A DNA stretch of 64,000 bases from Nitrospirota bacterium (GCA_963790025.1 CAWBMP010000003.1:192001-256000); one strand, 5' to 3'; positions 19,153 to 28,266 are shown, counted from the first letter of the stretch. A program made the numbers and translations. Notes: generated by a model not told the origin, from the sequence alone.

Positions 19153-19731
19153 ATGGACAAAGGATATAAAAGAAGGCATTATTTCATCAATAAGGATTTT
19201 CAGGGGAAATTCATTATACAGCTTCTGGCGATATCGTCTGTGGGCAGCATTTTTGCCGTATTGCTTTTCATTTTCTTTGCCAACAGGAAGATAGACAGCT
19301 TGCTCTATTCGATGATGATCCCCTCCTCCATATTCAGGGGCAATATCCTGCTGAAGGAGGCCCTTTGGGCCAATGGCATCGCAGTGGTCATCATTGCAAT
19401 CATATTTATGGCTGTCGTGAGGAGGATTTTAGGGAAAATTACCGGTCCTCTGCATGATATCAGGAACGGTATAGTAAATATCGGCAGCGGCAATCTGACG
19501 TCCAGGATTGTCCTGCGCAGTAAAGATGAATTCCAGGACTTTGCGGACGGAGTGAACAACCTAAGCACTGAGATCCATAGCAGGTTCTCCGCAATTGACA
19601 GGAGGGCGGAAAAGATCGCCGCACTGGCGGAAGAGCTTGGGAAGTTTGGTGATGCTGAAAGCGAACGCATTGCCGGTTTGATGAGGGAGATAAGCGAGCT
19701 CGATCAGGAAATAGGAGCGTTCAGGAAATGA
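19153..19731 (+). CDS. Second two-TM HAMP-domain protein without output domain
   Basis: Start MDKGYKRRHYFINKDFQGKF after GGAGG; KITGPL...GNLTSRIVLRSKDEF HAMP. Confidence 0.75.
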   Translation: MDKGYKRRHYFINKDFQGKFIIQLLAISSVGSIFAVLLFIFFANRKIDSLLYSMMIPSSIFRGNILLKEALWANGIAVVIIAIIFMAVVRRILGKITGPLHDIRNGIVNIGSGNLTSRIVLRSKDEFQDFADGVNNLSTEIHSRFSAIDRRAEKIAALAEELGKFGDAESERIAGLMREISELDQEIGAFRK

Positions 19732-20147
19732 CTGCTGAAAAGTCAAAGGGCGCAGGGCACATGGCGGCAGTGTCATTTTTTCTGGTCTTTGCCTTTACCT
19801 TTTTCCCTGCAACCCTTTATGCGGTCCATGATACTATTGAGGCGATGCGGTGCCTCGATTGCCATTTACGGCTTCCTTTTGATGAAAACCGGGCGTACCT
19901 GTTCAATGAAGAAATTGCCGCGGTTTGCAATACATGCCATAAGCGTTTTGTGCATACACATCCTGTCGAAATCATTCCTTCGATGTCGATTCCCCCTGAT
20001 ATGCCGCTTGACGGCAAAGGGAGGATGACCTGTATAACCTGCCACTTATTTCATAGCCGCGATATCCCTGCGGACGGGGAAAAGACATTTCTTCTGAGAC
20101 ACGAAAATGGAAAAACGTTTTGCTGCATCTGCCATACGAAATTGTAA
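19728..20147 (+). CDS. Tetraheme cytochrome c
   Basis: Signal peptide; CLDCH, CNTCH, CITCH, CCICH; HPVEIIPSMSIPPDMPL resembles the N-half of 18332..19150. Confidence 0.85.
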   Translation: MTAEKSKGAGHMAAVSFFLVFAFTFFPATLYAVHDTIEAMRCLDCHLRLPFDENRAYLFNEEIAAVCNTCHKRFVHTHPVEIIPSMSIPPDMPLDGKGRMTCITCHLFHSRDIPADGEKTFLLRHENGKTFCCICHTKL

Positions 20148-20178
20148 AAAGGCGGGCGGGACGTCCCGCCTGCCTTTT
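20146..20178. terminator. Bidirectional intrinsic terminator
   Basis: aaaaaggcgggcgggacgtcccgcctgcctttt between convergent genes. Confidence 0.85.
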
Positions 20179-20705
20179 GCGCTCATATCAACCTTATGTT
20201 GCTAGTTGGAAGAGCTGATAGCTACTCCTGTTACTGCGCCGGTTGTCACCGGAACAGTGGCCGCCGGGTTTGCAAATGTATACCCCGACTTGGTCACCGT
20301 AATAGTATAGGTGCCTGGCACTACGTTTGTGAAGGTGAAGGCCCCACTGGCGTTGGTGCTGGTGATACCCTTGGTCACGCCACTGAGCTTAAGGGTAAGA
20401 GATGCTGCCGAAAGCGGGGTGCCCGCCAGGTTAGTCACTGTGCCGCTGACCGTGTATTTGGCCGGCACCGTTACTGTCTGGCTGGAGGTTGCACTTATGC
20501 CTGAAACAGTAGCCGTGTCAATAATATTAAAGGTGTTGTTTGTAGTATAGGTGTGGGTAAACACACCGCCTGCACTGCCTGTTGAAAGACCAGTGCCGTC
20601 ACCCCAGTTGATGGATACCGAGGAACCTGAGGTTGAGCTGTCTGTCAGGGTAACGGTCGAGCCGGTTACACTGAGAGCAAAGTTGTCGGTGGGCGGGATG
20701 TTCAC
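20146..20705. repeat. ~560-bp direct repeat, copy 1 (copy 2 at 22833-23392)
   Basis: Offset 2687 bp; about 15 mismatches by eye; covers the terminator and the last ~168 codons. Confidence 0.95.
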
Positions 20706-22763
20706 TGTTACGGCTTTAGTTATCGATTCGGGCCGTAGTTCTGCACCGTTGGTGTTTGTGACGGTCAGAGTAACAGAATAGGGATTTACACCGAAGGATG
20801 CAGAGGTATAGCTATGGTTGATCTTGATGCTGTTGCTGTTGTCGGTTGCGCCGTCCCCAAAGACCCAACTATAGGTACAGATGCCGCCGACAGGGCAGAC
20901 AGTAGATGAGGCATCGAAGCTGACGGTATTGGTGCTGCCTGACTGCGCCCAGGTAAAGTTAGGCGTCGGGAAAGTAAGGTGGATGTTGTTTGCATCTCCC
21001 GCAAGCTCGATCTTTGCTTTGTATGGAGCATTGCTTTGCGTAGGATTCATGGTTACGACAGCATTATTTACCGTTGATCCCGCAGCATCGACCAGCGTGA
21101 TTGTATTGCCCGATACCGCAGCTATGTACGTGAAAAGATCGGCTCCTCCACCCCCGGCCCCGGCTATCTTGATCCTTTGTCCTTCGCCAAGACCTGTTCC
21201 GTTGGCAACGGTTAGAGTGACAGGGTTAGAAAGCGTCAGGGAGCCGTTCGTAGTAATCTGAGCTGTCCCGCCTCCGTGGCACTGACCGCAGGCCAGATCC
21301 AAATCCACCCAAACCGAATTCTTGCCGGGAAACGTGCTGCCGTCATCAGCAGTGTTGGGAAATATCTGCCCTCCGTTAAATTGGGAGGGTGCAGGGAAAG
21401 TAGTATAGGCTGCACTGACACTGATCCTGAAGAGGTGCAATCTGACAGCTTTGCCGTTGTTGGGCCTCACCATGTGGCAGACTTCGCACGAATTACTGTA
21501 AAGCGACGTATCAAACGGTGTGCCGGCCGACTGCGGATGGGCGGTATTGGACACAACGATTTCAGTATGACAAACGTCACATGTGACCAGTATCGGCTGG
21601 GCGCCGGTTGCAGCCTTGACAGCATCCACAGTCGATTGGTGCGGGTCATGGCATGCAGCAGTACAGCCCAGATTGTTATAGCCGTCATTGAACTGGCTGG
21701 CATAGTAAGCCGGATTGTTTATCTGACCGGTGTTTGTCAGTCCGTTGTTGTTCTGTCCTGCAGTGCCGGAGAACCTGCCATGCGGGCTGTTCAGAAACTC
21801 CTGGGTCACCGGGTAGCCGGCAAAAGCAGGCACATACACCCCATTATTGCCGACAGGCAGGTAGAGAGCAGGAGAAAAGTTGTTGGGTGTTGCAGGGTTG
21901 CCGGCCATATCAACGGTATTCTGGCCGGGCGGGTTCTGGTGGCAGTTATAGCAAAGCGCTGTACCGTCCTGGTTTGAGGGGCCGGGGGCGAAATCGACAT
22001 CATCGCCCGAGTATTGCGGCGTCACATCATGACAGCGTGTACAGGTAACTCCGTCAAACACCCATGAATTGCCCGTATAGCCAATCTGAGAAGAGACGGT
22101 AGGACCGGGCTGAGCAGCTGTCAGCAATAAAGGGTCCGGGTTGGATTTCAGAATGCCCGGCCTCGGGTTGTAGAGAAAGGTATTGGCTACAGTGATATTG
22201 TTGGTGGGGCTATTGTATGGAACGAAGGCAGTTGCCGTAACTGCGCCATAGCCTGTAGTGTGGCACTTTGCACACGTATACCCGCTTCCTGGTTGTGTAC
22301 CCTGTGAGTTCAGATATGATCCGTAGATAACATTTGGATTGGCAGCCGTTGACATCCAATCGCCATAAATATAATATAGCGGGGCTTTTGACCCGTCAGC
22401 CATGGTAAGCAATCCATTAAAAAAGTCTATTGCCCTCCCCGACGTGTCGGTCTGATATACCTGCCCGCCTGCCCCTACCCAGTATGCTGCCGACACGCCT
22501 GCCGTGACCTTACGCAGCACGTTCTTGTGTCCTGTCAGGAGATAGCCGGTTTTGTCCGAATCAGGCATTATGTTAGGATTATGGCAGGCCAAACATTGTT
22601 TGTTTGCAGCAGAGGCTTGCGACCAATCCCATCCGCCGTTGCCGTTCGGAACGGCGCCGTCGCCTACGAATGACCACGCCCCGGCAGTGTGAGGCAACAT
22701 AAGAAGCAACAGTGTGAATGCAATCAGCAATAATAGAACATAAGCACTGGTTTTTCGAATCAT
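20202..22763 (-). CDS. Secreted octaheme cytochrome c with C-terminal PKD and carboxypeptidase-regulatory-like Ig domains
   Basis: Signal peptide; 7 CXXCH plus CTAACH; PKD motifs YSWVFGDG and INWGDG; VSGTVTN...GAFTFTNVVPGTYTITVTKSGYTF. Confidence 0.85.
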   Translation of the reverse strand: MIRKTSAYVLLLLIAFTLLLLMLPHTAGAWSFVGDGAVPNGNGGWDWSQASAANKQCLACHNPNIMPDSDKTGYLLTGHKNVLRKVTAGVSAAYWVGAGGQVYQTDTSGRAIDFFNGLLTMADGSKAPLYYIYGDWMSTAANPNVIYGSYLNSQGTQPGSGYTCAKCHTTGYGAVTATAFVPYNSPTNNITVANTFLYNPRPGILKSNPDPLLLTAAQPGPTVSSQIGYTGNSWVFDGVTCTRCHDVTPQYSGDDVDFAPGPSNQDGTALCYNCHQNPPGQNTVDMAGNPATPNNFSPALYLPVGNNGVYVPAFAGYPVTQEFLNSPHGRFSGTAGQNNNGLTNTGQINNPAYYASQFNDGYNNLGCTAACHDPHQSTVDAVKAATGAQPILVTCDVCHTEIVVSNTAHPQSAGTPFDTSLYSNSCEVCHMVRPNNGKAVRLHLFRISVSAAYTTFPAPSQFNGGQIFPNTADDGSTFPGKNSVWVDLDLACGQCHGGGTAQITTNGSLTLSNPVTLTVANGTGLGEGQRIKIAGAGGGGADLFTYIAAVSGNTITLVDAAGSTVNNAVVTMNPTQSNAPYKAKIELAGDANNIHLTFPTPNFTWAQSGSTNTVSFDASSTVCPVGGICTYSWVFGDGATDNSNSIKINHSYTSASFGVNPYSVTLTVTNTNGAELRPESITKAVTVNIPPTDNFALSVTGSTVTLTDSSTSGSSVSINWGDGTGLSTGSAGGVFTHTYTTNNTFNIIDTATVSGISATSSQTVTVPAKYTVSGTVTNLAGTPLSAASLTLKLSGVTKGITSTNASGAFTFTNVVPGTYTITVTKSGYTFANPAATVPVTTGAVTGVAISSSN

Positions 22764-22832
22764 TCGGGTAACCCTCCTCGAACGTTTTACGAAGTATCGC
22801 GTTGTCGAACTTTGCTCACTATTCCAGTATGC

Positions 22833-22865
22833 AAAAAGGCAGGCGGGACGTCCCGCCTGCCTTTT
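22833..22865. terminator. Intrinsic terminator (perfect 32-bp palindrome)
   Basis: aaaaggcaggcgggacgtcccgcctgcctttt. Confidence 0.85.
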
Positions 22866-23392
22866 GCGCTCATATCAACCTTGTGTTGCTAGTTGGAAGA
22901 GCTGATAGCTACTCCTGTTACTGCGCCGGTTGTCACCGGAACAGTGGCCGCCGGGTTTGCAAATGTATACCCCGACTTGGTCACCGTAATAGTATAGGTG
23001 CCTGGCACTACGTTTGTGAAGGTGAAGGCCCCACTGGCGTTGGTGCTGGTGATACCCTTGGTCACGCCACTGAGCTTAAGGGTAAGAGATGCTGCCGAAA
23101 GCGGGGTGCCAGCCAGGTTAGTCACTGTGCCGCTGACCGCGTATTTGGCCGGCACCGTTACCTTCTGGCTGGAGGTTGCGCTTATGCCCGAAACAGTAGC
23201 GGTGTCAACAATCGTAAAGGTGTTGTTTGTAGTATAGGTGTGGGTAAACACACCGCCTGCACTGCCTGTTGAAAGACCGGTGCCGTCACCCCAGTTGATG
23301 GATACCGAGGAACCTGAGGTTGAGCTGTCTGTCAGGGTAACGGTCGAGCCGGTTACACTGAGAGCAAAGTTGTCGGTGGGAGCGATGTTCAC
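22833..23392. repeat. ~560-bp direct repeat, copy 2
   Basis: Matches 20146-20705. Confidence 0.95.
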
Positions 23393-26389
23393 AGCCACCG
23401 TGCTGGTCTGGAAATCGTACATTTCATTAGTCGTGTCGTAAACCATCAGCTGAACAGTGTACTGATTGGAACCGACGGTTGGAGTGAACACATGCTGACC
23501 TGAAGTGCTGGTATTAAGGATGCTTGTGTTGTTGGCACCGCTTGCGGGATCACCGAAATTCCAGTCGTACACACAGTTGCCGCTAGGACAGGTCGCGGAA
23601 GAGGCATCGAAGTTTACTGTACCGGTCTTGTCCTGTGTCTGCTGCCAGGTGAATTGGGCTGCAGGAGTACCACTGTGCATGTTCCTTGCGTCTGCTGCCA
23701 GCTCAGTTTTGGATTTGTAAGGAGCATTATTGGTGACGTAATTGGATCCGAAGCTTCCGCCGTGGCACTGGCCGCAAGCCATATCAAGGTCGACCCAGAC
23801 AGCATTGTTATATAACACTGTGGCATCTTTCTTGAATTCCGGTGCGGTTTGTGCGTCTCTATCCATCAGGGTTCCGGCGGGCAAGGCACTCCATGTGCCG
23901 CTGTTCGCGGTACAATTGGCGGAACTGGTATCAGACTGGTACACAACAGGTAAACTCGGAGCATTCTGGACCGGACCGGCATGTACGCTGCACGTTCCGT
24001 TGTAGAACTGGCCCGTTGTCGGGAAGGTACTGTAAGTTGAACTTGAATTGATTCTCCATACATGGACCGGCATCGAATTCTGATTGCCGTTTGCCAAGGC
24101 CTGTGTAGCCATGTGGCAGACTTCGCACGAACCATTGGGATAGAGAGTGGTATCGAACGGAGTACCGGGAGTCTGAGGATGATTAAACGATGCTACCTGC
24201 GGTGTAGCAGTGTCGGTAGCGCCGGTCGAAGCATTGTTCACGTGGCAATCTGCACACGTTTTTCTGATGGCCGCCCCTGCCTGGCTGTCTACAAAGAGGC
24301 TGTTGTGAACATCATGACAGGTGGTGCATGTACCCTGGTAGCCGGACTGAGTTGTGGCTCCACCTACATCATCTCTCCAAGCGTAGCCTGATATGGCAGT
24401 ACATTGTGCCTGGGTTGTAATCGGCGAGCCGTTGCTCTGGGTCGTTGCCAGACTGCTGCTGGTGCTGCCCTGGAAGCAGGAGTAGCCTTTGAATATACTG
24501 TTATATTCTGCTGCCACGGCTGTGCCTGCAGAATCATAAAGATCATTTTCACCAAGGGGGTTCGGCGTAATGGAGCCGTTGCCGGTCTGTGCGCCGAGGT
24601 ATCTGGCATGAACGCTGTTCAGGAACGAGTTGCCGAGAACATGGCCGTTGAAGTCGCGGCCTGCTGCTGCCCCGTGGCTGACACCTGTCGGGATTATTGT
24701 CGGATCAAACTGTGATGTTCCGCTTGTTGAACCGCCCTCGGCTGGATACAACTTTGCGATACTCTGGTGGCAGCCGAAGCAGAGATTATTCCTGCCTACT
24801 CCATCAGCGAGATTGCCCATTCCACTACTTGTAGGATATGTTGAAGGGAAGGACGATGCGGCAATCTGAGCCGCAGTTACCGAAGGAACAGTTGCATTGT
24901 GACATCTTGAGCAGTTGATGCCTTCGAGGTCCCAAGCATAGCCGGCTTTAACAGCACTGGCATAACCTGCGCCGGCGGCAGTGGGCTGTTGCCCAACGTA
25001 TCCAGGGGTGCCGACTGACTGCACACCTGGTGTTGCGGCAGTGCCGCCACTAAAGCCGGTCGAATGGCAGTTTGCACAACTGTAATTGCTGCCTGCAATA
25101 GCAACGCTCGGAAGCGCAGCCATCCAGTCACCATAGATGTAATACATAGGATTCGAGCCGTCCAAAGCACTTCCGGCGGCCCCAAGAACTCCAAATGTCA
25201 TCGCATTTGTGCCGTCGGTAGTATAAACAACGCCGTTAGCACCTGCCCACGCGAGGCCGGGTGTGACCTTCCTCAGCATGTTTTTATGGCCGGTCTGAAG
25301 ATACGAATCTTTGTATCTGTTGAACGGGCCGTTATACTGCACTAAAGTGCTGTGGCAGTGGAGACAACCATTATCGCCATTTACAGCCTGCTGGGTGAGG
25401 TCAAAAACGACACCCTTGGTAATGGAGGTATCAACAAGCGTAACCTGATATCCCGGACCCATGGGAATCCAGTTGGACCAGGAGCCGCCATTTGCAAGAC
25501 ATGCTCCCTGGGTGGTAAGAGTGCTCAGATCAACAGTTGCGCCTGCTGCTGCGGTTACTCCGCCGATTACGGCAGTACTTCCAGTTACAGCCGTTAAGGC
25601 ACTGTTAAGCGGTCCGGCGACACCATAAGCATAAACGCAGTTGCCTGAGCTAACAGACCAACCAAATGATGTCGTGGCGTTGGTGCTTGTGGATGGGCAG
25701 GTCGATGAAGTGTAACCAGTCGCTCTCATACTTGTATAGCAGAAACCTGTGTTGGACGCTTGAGTGGTACCTTGCGCCCCAAAAGTCAGAGGATTTCCGC
25801 TGCCATCCTGTCCCCTGAACTGCCAGCCATAGGCTATACACATGGCCGAAGTGCCGTTAGCTTTATTGTTGACGCCCGTGGCATTGGCTAATACGCCCCC
25901 CAAGGCATTACACATTTGAGAGTCCCTGTCCAGGTTCTTCAAAGAAATGCCGGTTAGAATGTTCCCGCTTCCATCAATTGTCACGCAGGTGCTGCTGCCC
26001 GGTGCGGCATACTTGAGGCCTGATGTGTTGCTTCCTGTCTTTCCGCATACATTGGCCAAAGTGTCGTTGGAAGTGATCGCAGTCACGGAAACAAGCCTCG
26101 CATCGCAATCTCTCTTGGTGAGAATAGTAGGATCAGTAACCATATTGCCGCTAGCGTCTATGCTGAGAACGCATATGCCGTCACTGGGTGCTATCCAGTT
26201 GCTGAATGTAACACCACCAGTTGTCCCGTTAGCATTAGTAGCGGTAAGATGTATGCCGTCAGCGGCTACCACACCATTCTGAACCGCACCGTCACTTTGG
26301 TACATTGCCCCGGCATTTCCTATCATCATAAATGAAGAAATGACAAGGGCAACGATCGACATGAGAATCATCAAACGTTTTTGCTTCAT
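22889..26389 (-). CDS. Large secreted octaheme cytochrome c with Cys-rich N-terminal region, PKD and Ig-like tail
   Basis: Signal peptide; 8 CXXCH (CLHCH, CANCH, CSRCH, CFGCH, CTTCH, CADCH, CEVCH, CGQCH); paralogous to 20202..22763. Confidence 0.85.
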   Translation of the reverse strand: MKQKRLMILMSIVALVISSFMMIGNAGAMYQSDGAVQNGVVAADGIHLTATNANGTTGGVTFSNWIAPSDGICVLSIDASGNMVTDPTILTKRDCDARLVSVTAITSNDTLANVCGKTGSNTSGLKYAAPGSSTCVTIDGSGNILTGISLKNLDRDSQMCNALGGVLANATGVNNKANGTSAMCIAYGWQFRGQDGSGNPLTFGAQGTTQASNTGFCYTSMRATGYTSSTCPSTSTNATTSFGWSVSSGNCVYAYGVAGPLNSALTAVTGSTAVIGGVTAAAGATVDLSTLTTQGACLANGGSWSNWIPMGPGYQVTLVDTSITKGVVFDLTQQAVNGDNGCLHCHSTLVQYNGPFNRYKDSYLQTGHKNMLRKVTPGLAWAGANGVVYTTDGTNAMTFGVLGAAGSALDGSNPMYYIYGDWMAALPSVAIAGSNYSCANCHSTGFSGGTAATPGVQSVGTPGYVGQQPTAAGAGYASAVKAGYAWDLEGINCSRCHNATVPSVTAAQIAASSFPSTYPTSSGMGNLADGVGRNNLCFGCHQSIAKLYPAEGGSTSGTSQFDPTIIPTGVSHGAAAGRDFNGHVLGNSFLNSVHARYLGAQTGNGSITPNPLGENDLYDSAGTAVAAEYNSIFKGYSCFQGSTSSSLATTQSNGSPITTQAQCTAISGYAWRDDVGGATTQSGYQGTCTTCHDVHNSLFVDSQAGAAIRKTCADCHVNNASTGATDTATPQVASFNHPQTPGTPFDTTLYPNGSCEVCHMATQALANGNQNSMPVHVWRINSSSTYSTFPTTGQFYNGTCSVHAGPVQNAPSLPVVYQSDTSSANCTANSGTWSALPAGTLMDRDAQTAPEFKKDATVLYNNAVWVDLDMACGQCHGGSFGSNYVTNNAPYKSKTELAADARNMHSGTPAAQFTWQQTQDKTGTVNFDASSATCPSGNCVYDWNFGDPASGANNTSILNTSTSGQHVFTPTVGSNQYTVQLMVYDTTNEMYDFQTSTVAVNIAPTDNFALSVTGSTVTLTDSSTSGSSVSINWGDGTGLSTGSAGGVFTHTYTTNNTFTIVDTATVSGISATSSQKVTVPAKYAVSGTVTNLAGTPLSAASLTLKLSGVTKGITSTNASGAFTFTNVVPGTYTITVTKSGYTFANPAATVPVTTGAVTGVAISSSN

Positions 26390-26571
26390 TAAAGCCCCCT
26401 TTTAAATAGGTATTTATACGCAAGTCATATGCAACGCATTGCCTTCTATTTGTTCACTACGTCTTCTCTTTTGAACGACACTCTGTCTTCTGCGATCACC
26501 TCCTCGTTATTCCAATGCTGCCATGTGGTAATCCTGCTACGCGGTAAAAAATTTGGGGGTACAATATGATT

Positions 26572-26587
26572 AGCATAAACTGTACCA
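26572..26587 (-). promoter_or_regulatory. Sigma-54 promoter for the octaheme-PKD genes
   Basis: Minus strand TGGTAC-AGTTT-ATGCT (GG-N10-GC), ~180 bp upstream of the ATG at 26389. Confidence 0.6.
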
Positions 26588-26973
26588 AGCCATTGAAATG
26601 ACATATCCAACAGGGGAGCTTTGCTATAACTTATTATTATAAAAGGAGGATTTGTAGATAGTCCGACCGGGGTCCTAATAATGGGTGCACCTTTCCGGCA
26701 GCGCGTAATTGGTGAAATAGCGAGGTCGGGTACAGCAATTTCACGGAAAACGAAAAAGGCAAAGGGTGTCAGGCCAAAACCTGAGGACTGAAGGGCGGCA
26801 GAAAGAACGGCCGCGCTTCATTTTTATATAGAAGACGTCCCAGAAAACTTTTAAGGACGTTCCGCGTTTTCACCGGAAGCTCCGGCCATATCACCAGTCT
26901 TTTTGCTGTTGTGATGCACTTCAATTCCGGATTTTTCCTTATTTTAAAACGAGATAGCTATGGTTAATGATTG

Positions 26974-26989
26974 TGGCACACAGCTTGCT
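26974..26989 (+). promoter_or_regulatory. Sigma-54 promoter for the OmcE-like gene
   Basis: TGGCAC-ACAGC-TTGCT, consensus -24/-12. Confidence 0.85.
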
Positions 26990-27155
26990 TCTACAAAGGA
27001 TAAGATTTCGGAGATTACCTGCCGGTAAAAAGTTTTAGGAAGTGCCCTTTCTTTAGATGGGGGTCCGAAGAGGGGCGAGAGAAAATCTGCTTTAAGCAGA
27101 ATGAAATCAGCAGGAACTGTAAGACTAAAAAATACTGATCTAGGAGGAATTAGCA

Positions 27156-28010
27156 ATGAAGAAACAATTGGTTTTAGTGCTGGCACTGATGCTGGCGATG
27201 TTTTTGGTAGGTAATGCATATGGTTATACGCCCGGCGCAGGTATTAAGACAAGCCCGCATGACCTCAGTAAGGCAGGCGGCAGCATAGGCAAGCCCTACG
27301 GCGGGGCAACTGAACAGGCCGGCCTGGACAGAATTTGCGTGTACTGCCATGCCCCTCACCATACGATAAAGCCAAGCGATGCGTCAACTTTAGCTTATAG
27401 TTATGTGCCGCTATGGAACCATGATTTAACCACACAGACATTTACTATGTATACAAACAATTCTGGTAATGTCTCTGGTGATCCTACCCGCCAGGCTCCC
27501 GGCTCCGGCGGTCAGGTGAATAATCTTGCGGCTACTGCGGGGAGCCCCTCAACGCTTTGCCTCAGCTGCCACGATGGAACAGTAGCAACTGACGCATACG
27601 GCAACGGAGGCGGTCCCAGCAGTTCAGGCTACGGCAGCTACAACTGGTCGCCTTCCAAAAGTTCCGGCACCCAGTTCATCCAGAATAACGCATACCAGAT
27701 CGGCGCAGGCGGAGACCTTAGCAATCATCATCCCATCGGATTCGACTATATCAAAGCATACAATAACAGCCAGAGCAGCCAAAACGGAGATTACGCACTT
27801 GCGAACATCAGCACACCCATGGGAACCGGCAGGACAATAGGCCAGCTTCTGTGGAATGCAACATGGAATACTAATAGGACGACTCAGACGGGCGGCACTA
27901 TGGAGTGCACCACATGCCATTCCGTGCACAACAAGGCCAACACCGGCCAGAGACTCCTGTGGGTAGAAGACACAAACAGCGCCTTCTGTATGACCTGTCA
28001 CCTTAAATAA
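27156..28010 (+). CDS. omcE: OmcE-like tetraheme cytochrome c (candidate nanowire subunit)
   Basis: Signal peptide, then IKTSPHDLS / ICVYCHAPH / PLWNH / TFTMY / STLCLSCHDG / DLSNHHPIGF / MECTTCHSVH / SAFCMTCHLK. These are collinear with G. sulfurreducens OmcE motifs as I recall them (IKNTKHDLS / ICVFCHTPH / PLWNR / TFTLY / SLFCMSCHDG / DLSNDHPVNF / LECGSCHKVH / SKLCLGCHKK). Confidence 0.85.
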   Translation: MKKQLVLVLALMLAMFLVGNAYGYTPGAGIKTSPHDLSKAGGSIGKPYGGATEQAGLDRICVYCHAPHHTIKPSDASTLAYSYVPLWNHDLTTQTFTMYTNNSGNVSGDPTRQAPGSGGQVNNLAATAGSPSTLCLSCHDGTVATDAYGNGGGPSSSGYGSYNWSPSKSSGTQFIQNNAYQIGAGGDLSNHHPIGFDYIKAYNNSQSSQNGDYALANISTPMGTGRTIGQLLWNATWNTNRTTQTGGTMECTTCHSVHNKANTGQRLLWVEDTNSAFCMTCHLK

Positions 28011-28029
28011 GTTTCATCTCTATTCGTAC

Positions 28030-28065
28030 AAAAAGGGGGGGATGGTCAGCCATTCCCCCCTTTTT
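28030..28065 (+). terminator. Intrinsic terminator after the OmcE-like gene
   Basis: A-tract, G-run stem (gggggggatgg...ccattcccccc) and T-tract. Confidence 0.85.
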
Positions 28066-28078
28066 AATGGAAAAACAA

Positions 28079-28170
28079 AAGGAAGTATCTGAGTGTCTGA
28101 GCATCAAAGCAGGGTCTTCAAAAGTCTTTTACTTTAATGCTGTGACACTCTGATACTCTGACACTTCCTT
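28079..28170. repeat. Inverted-repeat element with 8-nt subrepeats
   Basis: aaggaagtatctgagtgtctgagcatcaaagca ... tgctgtgacactctgatactctgacacttcctt. Confidence 0.7.
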
Positions 28171-28266
28171 CTGGTGGTTAAATGATAAAACTGTCAGTTA
28201 TGTGGTATTCTAAAATTGTTTCTCCCTGCTATGGAAGAGAACGATATTACGTAAAGAGGTGTTGTA

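Noticed and set aside
20196..23272. Duplicated plus-strand ORFs 20196..20504 and 22802..23272 containing CAGCH
   Set aside because: Antisense shadows of the duplicated PKD/Ig tails; no SD or signal peptide, and the motif is incidental.
20146..23392. Duplication as an assembly artefact
   Set aside because: The copies carry scattered substitutions, many synonymous, and both frames stay intact; not excluded without reads.
20202..26389. Octaheme proteins as OmcZ or OmcS orthologs
   Set aside because: Heme spacing and motifs do not match what I recall of those proteins, and no subtilase gene is adjacent; left unnamed.
26390..27155. GEMM-I (c-di-GMP/cGAMP) riboswitch upstream of the cytochromes, as in Geobacter
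   Set aside because: No GGCAAA..GAAA..GACGCAAA-type core found by eye on either strand; an Infernal scan would be needed to exclude it fully.
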